From: Octopus vulgaris
Lineage: Eukaryota
Assembly (NCBI GenBank): GCA_951406725.2
Contig: OX597820.1
Coordinates: 57,226,001-57,290,000 of the forward strand
Reading direction: 5' to 3'
Length of the DNA stretch: 64,000 bases
The position numbers and the translations under genes were made by a program. The notes under the pieces are model-generated. The model had not been told where the DNA came from. It did not search any database and saw only the letters and a program-made list of their open reading frames with translations. The stretch's first letter is position 1. Each line of letters starts with the position of its first letter. Positions 52,925 to 64,000 of the stretch are shown here, piece after piece.

Positions 52925-53204
52925 ATTAATAAATAAGTATACCAATACATTGTAGTGTCTTTATGCTTTTTGAGATCAATCTTAGTCCTTGGAGAAACTT
53001 CTTTGGAGGATTAGGATGCATCTGTTTAAATGTGATGTTTTGCTTCAGAAGGTTGGGTGTTAACACAAACGCCCAACCTTTTCAAACAAAACACTACACC
53101 AAAACACATGTATCCTAATCCTCCAAAGAAGTTTTTCCAAGGATTATTGTTGAACTCTAAAAGCATAAAGACTCTACAATGTATTGGTATACTTATTTAT
53201 TAAT
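52925..53204. repeat. Gap-free imperfect palindrome, 137-bp arms, 6-nt loop
   Basis: 52925-53061 pairs with 53068-53204; 19 non-Watson-Crick positions and no indels by manual alignment. Confidence 0.9.
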
Positions 53205-53470
53205 TTTTGTATATATGTATTATTATTTTTTTGAAAAAAAACATTGTAAGTTTCTTTTTTCCCCTTCCTTAATTTAAAAAAAAAATTTCCCCTTCCAAAT
53301 CTTGAAAATTTGCCTTGCCATGAAAGCTGGTTTGATTTCTTTTTTCTTTTTTAATTTTTCATGCACCCATTTGTATTAAAATTTACTTTCAATTTAGCAT
53401 TCTGCCTTATTATTTTTTCCTCTCCTATCATTTCTCCACATGCAGTTAACACAACCCCACCATTTACTGT

Positions 53471-53507
<37 letters not shown>

Positions 53508-53882
53508 ACATATGTATATATGCAGAAAGTTCTTGGTACAGTATTATATATATATTTGGGAAAATGAGTAGAGATGGCTTTTTTGAGCAGGGATAATTTA
53601 TATTTCAATCTCAATAGAAATGTTTATGCTGAGCAGTGAAAGTAGATAGCTACTTCGACATGGCTGTCCATTCGAATGGACTCTACTGTGATTATTTAAC
53701 CTCATCAACAGACATCTCTAGCTGGTTAACGATGCAGAGCTGCATCTGATGAATTGCGAGCAGGGGAAGTGAACCCCTACCACCTTCTAGCGACAGGACC
53801 AGTATACCAGTCCTTGTTAGGGGCTATTTCTACTACTCTTTGGTACTGGACACCTCATCTGCTAGTAATGTCTAGCAGACTC

Positions 53883-53928
53883 AAAACTGTCTGATGAAAT
53901 GGAATGTGAAACTCTGAGTAACAGTTTT
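53883..53928 (+). ncRNA. Minimal type I hammerhead ribozyme motif
   Basis: aaaactgt-CTGATGA-aatggaatgt-GAAA-ctctgag-TA-acagtttt: 8-bp stem I, intact core, near-palindromic stem III, weak stem II. Confidence 0.7.
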
Positions 53929-54044
53929 TGTGAATGTCTTTGCAGCTTCATTAATAAAGCATATTACTCTACCTCTGGTATTCGAGTACTATTTTTTCCA
54001 CCTTGTTTCACATGTATGTGCTTACTCTGGTATATATATATGCA

Positions 54045-54577
54045 CGGTTCCAGGATCAGTCCCAGAGCATGGCACCTTGGGCAAGTTTCTTCTGCTATAG
54101 CCTGGGGCCGACCAAAGCCTTGTGGGTGGATTTGGTCGATGGAAACTGAAAGAAGCTTGTTGTATTTATATATATATATGTTTGTGTGTGCATATGTTCA
54201 TGTGTCAATGTTTGTAGCCCCAACATTGCTTGACAACTGATGTTGGTGTATTTACGTCCCTGTAACTTAGTGGTTTGGCAAACGACCCTGATAGAATAAG
54301 TACTAGGCTTACGAAGAATAAGTCCTGGGGTTGATTTGCTCAACTAAAGCCGGTGCTCCGGCATGGCCGCAGTCAAATGACTGAAAAAAGTAAAAGAATA
54401 AAAGAATATTTATTTATGACCGGCTTCTTTCAGCTTCTGTCTACCAAATCCACTCACAAGGCTTTGGTTGGTTCAAGACTACAATAGAAGACACTTGCCT
54501 GAGGTGCCATGCAGTAGGACTGAACCTGGAACAATGTAGTTGGGAAGCAAATTTCTTACCACACAGCCACGCCTGTA
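54045..54577. mobile_element. Tail-to-tail family A SINE pair
   Basis: + copy 54045-54405 followed by - strand head 54417-54577. Confidence 0.8.
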
Positions 54578-55914
54578 TGGTAAGGTCTGTTGTAACTGAT
54601 ATACACTTATAACAGAAGTCTAAAGACTTGAATATTCTTGTTTAATGTCAAGGATTTGAAAGAAAGACAGCTGCAACATAGGCTTATTTAATTATTGTAA
54701 ACACAGCAATTAGTGACATTGATTGGCAACTCTAATAATCAGCTACACAATACCAAGATGGTGTCTAATAAACACTTAAATCTTGTTAATTCTTGTTAAC
54801 GTCTAACTCACTTTAACCCATAACTGCATATAAATTACATCAAGTTTGAACTGGTGAAACTAAAATTACTCACTTTATGTGGCATCTATGAAATTACCAA
54901 ATTGAAAGAGGTCCTATATGCTAACAACTTTTCAAAATTGTACATCTGGAAATCGAAAAATTACTAAACCTAAAGAAGGACTTGTTTCAGGTAGGTTAAC
55001 CATTTTGGGATCAAAGCAAAAGCATCGTAAAAATCTAATGGTTTCTTGTTAAGATCCAAAGATAAAAAGCAGCCGTGTTGGCACCGAGTAGAAAGTTGGT
55101 GAATTTTTTTTTTCATATTCTTAGTCTTGTTTTCTGAGTTGTTCTTCATTCTTGTAAAATGGTTCATAGTTTGTGGAGGTTACTTATGTTCATATTGGTT
55201 ATTTTTCTTCGTTGATAATCTTATAATGCTTGGGTAATGCTGAGATACTGTTGCCTAGTTTTGGGAGGTTCCAAATACATACCATATATATATATATATG
55301 TATGTATTTAACGTCCGTTTTCCATGCTAGCATGGAAAACGGACGTTAAATGATGATGAGGATGATGATATAATGATATATATATATATATATATATATG
55401 TATTATATATATATTATATATATATACACATACACACCATATATTTATATATGTACATTGACCTTCCACACAATTTCTCATCGGTCAGCCTGGGGTTATA
55501 GTAGATGCTTGTCAAAAGTGACATTCAGTGGGAACATACCTGAAGCTATGCAGTTGCAATGCAAGCTTCCACAGCCACACCTACCCTATGTCTATAAAAA
55601 AAAAGGGAAAAATCCTTGAGATGGACCCAAAAATATCCATCTCAGGAATGGTTAAACCAGTATGTGCTTTTAGTTCAACAGTAGTCATGTTGGTATACAA
55701 AAGTATTTTACATCGTTAGCAAGGACTTACATTAAGGCATATTTTAGTTAACATCTAGTAACTGGGCCAAACCAAGGTAAACATTGTTGCAATTGTCTAT
55801 TGTCAAATCCTTAAAGGTCCTATCTCACATCTGGGGGAAAATGCTTCAATTCTTGAAGATCTAAATATTTCAGCAAATTCTCTGTTAAATTTGCTGAAAT
55901 TTTCTGCTAAGTCT

Positions 55915-56120
55915 ACTCTTTTACTTGTTTCAGTCATTTGACTGTGGCCATGCTGGAGCACTGCCTTTAGTCAAGTAAATCGACCCCAGAACTTTTCTTT
56001 GTAAGCCTAGTAGATATTCTATTGGTACTTTTGCCAAACTGCTAAGTTATGGGGATGTAAACACACCAGCATCAGTTGTCAAGTGATGTTGGGGGGACAA
56101 ACACAGACACACATACTTAC

Positions 56121-56151
<31 letters not shown>

Positions 56152-56312
56152 CATATTTACGACGGGCTTCTTTCAGTTTCTGTCTACAAAATCCACTCAC
56201 AAGGCTTTGGTCGGCCCGAGGCTATAGTAGAAGACACTTGCCCAAGGTTCCATGCAGTGGGACTGAACCTGGAACCATGTGGTTCATAAGCAAGCTACTT
56301 ACCACACAGCCA
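55915..56312 (-). mobile_element. SINE family A
   Basis: Reverse complement of the 8398-8795 type. Confidence 0.9.
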
Positions 56313-56764
56313 CATAATGTTAAAGTTAAGGATATGAGTCCTAAACATTCTGATGATGAAGTAGCAACTTTGAATGCTAATTGTGCAATAAATAATAATT
56401 TACATCATGTAAATTGTATATCAAATGATTACCCTGTTCAAATGCAATTGGATATTGGTACAGCATGCTCCATCATTCTGGTTTCACTGCTAACAAAGTT
56501 AGTATTGATTATCACACCAAGCAACAAATATCTGACTTTTTATATTGGTCCCAAACTTGAAGCATTTGGCATTACAACCAGTGGTACTTGGTATAAGTAG
56601 TTGGCTCTACAACAGATTTACTTGACTTTGGAAATGAAAAAAAAAATGGAAAAAAAATTGAAAGACAGGAAAAAAGCAGCACTTCAGTATTGTTGTGGTT
56701 AATAACACTTGTAACTCAGGATTAATAGATGTGAACTTTCTGAAAAGAATATCATATTCTTAGC

Positions 56765-56972
56765 TATTCTAGGCACAAGGCCTGAAATTTTGGGGAGGGG
56801 GCCAGTCAATTAGATCGACCCCAGTACACAACAGGTACTTAATTTATTGACCTTGAAAGAATGAAAGGCAAAGTCGCCCTTGGCGGAATTTGAACTCAGA
56901 ATATAAAGACAGACGAAATACTGCTAAGCATTTCACCCGGCGTGCTAATGTTTCTGACAGCTCGCCACCTTA
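56765..56972 (-). mobile_element. SINE family B
   Basis: Reverse complement head ggtggcgagctgtcagaaacattagc and core. Confidence 0.85.
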
Positions 56973-57159
56973 AAGACACATCATATTGTAATGCCTCTTA
57001 TTATTTACCCTCAATAAATCATAAAAACTAATATTTTTGTGTCAGATGCAGTTAAATATAAATTTTGTTATGTAACAAAAAAAAAGCTGAAAATGAACTC
57101 TACCACTTTAAAATAATGGGAATTAAACCTTCATGTTTGTTTAGAAGAAAGATTGTCAG

Positions 57160-57323
57160 AAGTGGCTGTGTGGTAAGTAGCTTGCTTACAAACTATATGG
57201 TTCCGGGTTCAGTCCCACTGCATGGCACCTTAGACAAGTGTCTTCTACTATAGCCTCGGGCCAGCCAAAGCCTTGTGAGCGGATGTGATTGACGGAAACT
57301 GAAAGAAGCCCGTCGTATTTATG

Positions 57324-57377
<54 letters not shown>

Positions 57378-57568
57378 AGTGTATACGTTTGTGTGTCTGT
57401 GTTTGTCCCCCAACATCGCTTGACAACCGATGCTGGTGTGTTTACATCCCCGTAACTTAGTGGTTCGGCAAAAGAGACCAATAGAATAATTACTGGGTTT
57501 ACAAAGAATAAGTACTCCAGTATGGCCACAGTCAAATGACTGAAACAAGTAAAAGAGTAAAAGAGTAA
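57160..57568 (+). mobile_element. SINE family A
   Basis: Colinear with 8398-8795. Confidence 0.9.
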
Positions 57569-58816
57569 GTTAAGAATGTGTGCTGTGATTACCAAATTCA
57601 TTTAAATGGCAAGATTCAAACTTTTTATCATCCAACTCTCTATCTTGAACTCAAGTTTTCTTTAATTGCCTAAATGAACTGAAGTTCTACTTTCAAGAGA
57701 GAAGGCATGAAAGATATGCAATGATATGCATATGGAAGATTCTAGAAGATCTAGCACCAAACTTTCGAAATGAAAGCTACATCAAGCACTGAACCGAACA
57801 GCACTGAATAGTACTAAAGATCTCATTTTTTTCAATTTAGAATAGGGATCCAGTACTTTAACAGCTTGGGTTTCAAGGACTCACATCTATGCAACATTCT
57901 GCAAAACAGCCTTATACATATGTGAGGTGTAGATGTGGAGGGCTTCTAAGAGTGTCTGAACAAAATTTTATCTGAGCTACCAAATGAATCTACGTTGTGG
58001 TGGGTTGTACAAAGAAGAATAGTTCCACCCAACACCCTACTTAACCAGAAACAATACAGATAAAATACCCAATCACACTAAAAGGTAGGGCCCCAGCATG
58101 GTCTCAGAATCTGGCTGAAATCAGTAAAATATGAAATATAAAAGATTAAAAATAATTGATTTAAAGAGTGCATAGCCAATATCTACCAGAATGCACTTAG
58201 CTGATTGGTTTGTATGGAAGCTAAATGATTATATATGATAAATATAAACAGTCTTTTCCTTAGTCAATTGACTTCAGGTGGGTTTCAAAAATAGCAGCTC
58301 TTTTTCCCAACAGTGTACAGAGTCTATATTGATGAGGATTATTTATCAGGATGTTATACTTATTTTTGAAGCAATCCAGAATAAATTAAAGAATATAAAA
58401 AATGCTGTTAATTCTTAGAATGAAAGAAACCAACATATCAATTAATCCAGTTAAATGTAGTAATTATTTATCTTCCATAGATTTTCTAGAAATGAATAAT
58501 TCAAAGAATGAGATCAAACCATCATTTAATCTAATAAAACAAGATTCAGCAGCTTAGTGTTTCTAAATACAAAGAAGAAATTCAGAACTATCTGGGGTTG
58601 ATAAACTATTATTAGTGGCTTATCCCCAAATTAGAAAACATAGTTAAACCACATCATACAGAAAAAAAAAAATGATTACGTTTACCTGATGAATGTACAG
58701 GAGAAAACCTTTTGGAAGACAAAAGAACTTTTTACACAATAACATATTTTGGCAACATTCTCACCCAAGTGCATACCAAACTCACTGCTGATACTTCTGA
58801 ATTTGCAGCAGAAGGA

Positions 58817-58856
<40 letters not shown>

Positions 58857-59797
58857 AGCTTCTTTCAGTTTCCATCCACTCACAAGGCTTTGGTCGGCCC
58901 GAGGCTATAGTTGAAATCACTTGCCCAACGTGCCATGCAGTAAGACTGAACCTGGAGCTATGTGGTTGGTAAACAAGGTTCTTACCACACAATCACTCCT
59001 GTACCTGATATGATGATATGATTTTAAAATATTCATGGATTTGGTAAAACCATCAGTGATATAGACTAAAAGTTAGAGATTGTTGTTATATCTAGATTTA
59101 AATGTTCCTTCCACTGCTCCAATATGTTGCTTAAAATTTATATCCAGATATAACAACTGCCTTTTAATTTTTAGGTACCATGATTAAAGACATTCAACTA
59201 CCCTTTCAACTTTAATCTGGGCCAACTACGGCAGCAAATGGAAATCCTTTTCAAAACCGAATCCTATATTAATATGTCAAAAGGAAGTTCAGTATATTCT
59301 CTTGAAAAACTATATCTTTTAAAGAATTTGAGAGCCTTCAATGACTGCATAAATTCCAGGAATTAAATTTTTTCTTATGTCCATACTTTAAGAAATACAT
59401 CTTGATAGAATTTGTAAACCATTAATATCTTATTTACATGTTTATGACATTTGTTTAATGTGGCATTGGTTATCTCACCTGTGTTTTGTTTTCTGACGTC
59501 TTCCTTATGGGTGTTCCTTCTTCTAACATCGTCTGCTTAAAAAGCAACTGACAAACGGTCTTGTTCTCAGCTTGAAAAATGGGAAAATAAATTAATGTTT
59601 CAACTAGGAATCCTTGGCTAGCTGTATTTAGTAAGATTTGTGGTTTTTATTATAACATCTTTACTGTCTTAGCTGATCAGCTCTTATTCTACTTGTTGAA
59701 GCCTTACCACATAATATATATAGACATACATAAATATATCATTATTATCATAATCATTTCACATTCACTTTCTGTGCTGGCATGGGTTAGGCTCTTG

Positions 59798-59916
<119 letters not shown>

Positions 59917-61209
59917 AGAGAGAGTAGGGAGATAGATAGATAGCTAGATAGATATAGACAGATATACACAATGGGATTCCACATAGTTTCTGTGAACAAA
60001 ATTATCTCTTGAAGCATTGATCGACCTGAGGCTGCCCAAGGAGCTGTGTAGTGTGACTGAACCCAAAACCTCATGGTTGCAAAGCGAACTTCTCAACCAC
60101 ATAGCCAAGCCTGCACCTAGCGACAAGGGATATAAACAAAACATTGGGATTATGTTGATCATAGTTAAACCAGCCACTGCATTGATTACAGCAGTTTTGT
60201 GTTCTAAGAGAAGCTCAAAAAAGATGCAAAGAAATGTGTGTTTTCCATCTTTTCTAGATTTGGCATTCTTATATGGTGCCAGACAATGAACTCGAATCCA
60301 TTCATTTAGGAGATTGTCTAAACTGACTCAGTTGCAAAAATATTGAAAGTTAACTGCAGTTCAAAATCTAATAGAGCAGCAATGATGCCAAACAAACAAT
60401 CAATTTTGTACTAAAAAGTCTATCAATTGGAAAGTTTGATACTGATTGTTAAAAGCTCTTTTCTGCCACCATAGTGCACCAGGTGCATGGGAGTTAGATC
60501 AAGCTGAGAAATTACTTCAGAGATAATTAAAAGCAGTAGTAAATTCATTTAATGAAACTGACTAAATGGTTCATTACCAGAACAATATATTGAAATTTCC
60601 CAGCTGATTCATGTTGGCAGAAATATAGACTGGATTAAATGTGAAGATGAAAAGGCTCAGTTAATGTCAATAGAACAAATAGCTTCTAGATATCCTTCCT
60701 GAACACATCTGCTATTTATGATAATGTTATCAACGGGCCAACATCACAACCTTCTTCCTCTTCTTGTTAGCTGACTCTTCATCATGTGATCCTCTGTAAT
60801 TATGTTTCTGACATGTCAACACTATAATTTTCTCTGACTATTACTGCTGCTAATGTTCAATCTCCAACACCTCCCATAGCTGCAACAGTACTAAATCATG
60901 CAAATCCTCATAGTAACATAATGAAAAGTACAGCGCCACCATATAAGTGCTGCACATCTTAAAAGAAATTCAGAAATTGCAAAGATGTAATCACCATCAT
61001 GATTTATAATCAGTGGAGGGACCTAGAGTAATGTCTGTTTATTCTCTTACTAATATATATAGCTCTTTAAGGCAGTGAGCTGACAGAATTGTTAGCACTT
61101 TGCCTTTCATTCTTTTGGGATTGATAAAATAAGTACCAGTTGAGTACTGGGGTTGATGTGATTGACTCATTCCTTTCTTCAAAACTTCTAGCCTTGTGCC
61201 AAAATTTGA

Positions 61210-61649
61210 GGATCATTTTGGTTTGAACGACAGTTTTTTCTAGCAGTGTCATATGAAATTGTCACCCATAATTATGACCCTAGTATCGATCTATTGCATT
61301 TGAATCTGTTTTAGGGCTAGGGTGGGTTAGGGTTAGGGTTAGGTATAGGAGTTGGGGGAAGGGTATCTTTTTTTCTTCAGAAATGTAAATAAACCCAATC
61401 TGTTTCTTAAACGAGTGACATATTCATATGGCACAGAATGTTTTTTACCTCAATAGACATCAGTGATTGGTTGAAATTGCAGAAATTGAAGAAAAAAACC
61501 CAACAAATATCTTACAAACTATAGAATTTTCTCAATAAAGCCAAGAGAACAAGATGTTTTATAAACACATTCTACCAGTATACGAAGTACAAAATTTTTT
61601 AGTTACCTAGAAATTATGTTAAAAACTGCCATTCAAACCGAAAAGATCC
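61210..61649. mobile_element. TIR element with internal TTAGGG repeats (copy 2) inserted in a family B SINE
   Basis: TIRs ggatcattttggtttgaacgacagtttt / aaaactgccattcaaaccgaaaagatcc; exact 8-bp TSD aaatttga. Confidence 0.9.
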
Positions 61650-62577
61650 AAATTTGAAATCAATATCTATGGCTCTTTATGTTCTGATTTCAAATCCCAC
61701 CAAGGCCAACATTAACTTTTCATTCCTCCAGGGCTGATAAAATAAACCCTTTCAATACTGGGGTTGATGGGATTCACTAATACCTTCCCCATAAAATTTC
61801 TGGCTTTGTTCCTATCACCACCAGCCATCATCAACATTTAATGTCTGTTTCCCATGCTGAGATAGGTTAGAAAGCTTGACAGGAGCTGGTAAGGCCAGGG
61901 GCCACACCAGGTACCATAGTGTGTTTTTATTTGGTTTCTATAACTGGATGCCCTTCCTAATGCCAACCACTTTACATAATGTACTGGGGCATTTTTACTT
62001 GGCACTATCACCAATGCTTTTTCATAGCACCTATAATGCACTGGGCCCTTAGTATGTATTTATTAACAGCAAGCCACAGCATACATAGATCAGAATTGCT
62101 CTCCTAGACTCATGGGGGCACCCCAGGCAACTGCCACGTGTGCTCAAGCATTAAGATGGCAGCACTAAGTGGTTCGTCTGATGGGCTTCCAATTAAAGTT
62201 GACTTGATGCTATGGTGAAAGATATTTGCCCCGATGCCATTGCATCAGCATCGAACGCAAGAGCTTAGAATCAGGTAAGGAAATTCTTAACCTATCAACG
62301 ATGCAGCAGCTACACACACTCACACACACACACAGAGGATTGTGTGCATATGTATGTGTCTTCATCATTATCATCATCATTCAATGTTCACTTTTCCATG
62401 TGTGTGTTGTATAATATACATAATATACCTGTATAAATGCATACATAAATACATATATATATACATATATCTCCACACACACACACACACATATATATAT
62501 ATAGACATGCACACATGTGTGTGTGTGTATGCATGTGTATGCTTACATATGCACAAATAAACACACATATGTCTACG

Positions 62578-62616
<39 letters not shown>

Positions 62617-63094
62617 TGTAGAAAGCAAAAGAGAGAATGAGAAATGATAATTATGATCAATATGAATTGTATGTGATGATTATGCATTTCTCTGTGTGTG
62701 TGTGTATTATGTGTGTGCATAGTTTAAGTATGTGCGAATATATGTATGTATATATACATATATGCACACACAGACACACATATGCATACAAACATACATA
62801 AATGTGTGTATGTGCGTGTGCCCAGAATGTGTATGCAGGTGTGTGTTTGTATTGTATGTGTGCCTGTCTGTGTATATATAGTTGGTGTGTTGAAATAATT
62901 TTCTAGAGTGCCTTTATTTACATATAATCGTATCAAATGAATGATAATCTCCATATTAACTGATTACTGATAGTTATCATAATTAAATATCATAGTTAAG
63001 TACATTAGTTGTGAGTGAAATCATTTTTAGCCTCAGTTATACGCAGGCAGTCAATTTGCTCAACAGTATTTGAGATGGTAGCTAAGATACTGAT

Positions 63095-63700
63095 AGTGGT
63101 GGTGGTAGTAATAGAAGTGGCGGTAATGGTTGAAGTAGAAGTGGTTGTGGTGGAGGTAGTGGTGGTGGTAGTGGTGGTGGTTGTGATGGTGGTGGTAGTG
63201 GTTGTAGTGGTGGTTGTGGTGAAAGTGGTGGTGGTGATAGTTGCTGTTTTTGTTATTGCTACTGATATGTATGTAAATTTTGCTGGAATTTTTCTTTTGT
63301 TGTTTTGTCAAGGGTTTTTATTAGTTTTTTTTATATTTATAGCAGTAGTGTTGTTGCTGTTGTTGCCATTTATAGGTGATGCTGATGGTAGTAGTGGTGG
63401 TGGTAGTAGTGGCAGATATGGTGGTAGCGATATTGTTGTTAGTAGTGGTTATGGTCGTAGTGTTTGTTGTTGGTGGTTGTTATGGTAGTAGTTTTTGCTG
63501 GTGGTGGTGGTGGTGGGCGATGATAGAGGTAGTTGATGTGGTGATGGTGGTGGTGGTGGTGGTGGTGGTGTTTGTGGCAGTGGTGTTGCTGGTGGTCGAG
63601 GTGGTGAAGATGATTGAGATGATGATGGTGGTGGTGTTAATGGTGATGTTGTTTCTGTCAGCGGTGGTTATTGAAATGCTTATGACGGTTATCGTAGTAA
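63095..63700. repeat. Degenerate (GGT/GAT)n tracts
   Basis: Direct inspection; source of poly-V pseudo-ORFs. Confidence 0.85.
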
Positions 63701-64000
63701 AATTGCAGGCCCCGGTTGTTAGGGTGTTGCACTCATGACTGCAAAATCACAGTTTCAATTCCTGGACTGGGCAATGCATTCTATTCATAAGCAAAACACT
63801 TCATCTCACTTCGACATCAGATGTGTGGCACACTGACCACCTCTACAGATAATTTCCCTTTAATGGAATTCAGATCAAACATTTGATTCCTATAAACAAA
63901 TCATCCATCCAGTTCATTATGAAAAGTATTGCAGAGCCCCAATCCCCGTCTATTGTCTATGACTAGAGAATCCACAATGGTGATTGTAATAGCAATGATG

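Noticed and set aside
54960-55260. Possible retroelement ORF remnant on the - strand
   Set aside because: No diagnostic motif strong enough to assign

Overview
AT-rich, repeat-saturated animal genomic DNA, most likely octopus (coleoid cephalopod), inferred from the tRNA-derived SINE families and (TA)n/(CAT)n density. No long host coding exon is visible and nearly all listed ORFs are microsatellite read-throughs. A few possible + strand micro-exons suggest a large intron-rich gene, but this is unproven. Recognisable content: two decayed Tc1/mariner transposons (DD36E and DD34E), a decayed Gypsy pol, a solo LTR, RTE and Dong/R4 LINE 3' ends, several MITEs, a Helentron-type non-autonomous element and dozens of SINEs. 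The most interesting signal is a set of short non-coding elements that sit in (TA)n tracts, carry minimal type I hammerhead-ribozyme motifs and/or fold back into long hairpins in a Penelope-like arrangement; one of them has a tRNA-derived head. There is also a ~340 bp unique segment duplicated in inverted orientation 44 kb apart. All calls were made by eye and SINE boundaries are approximate.
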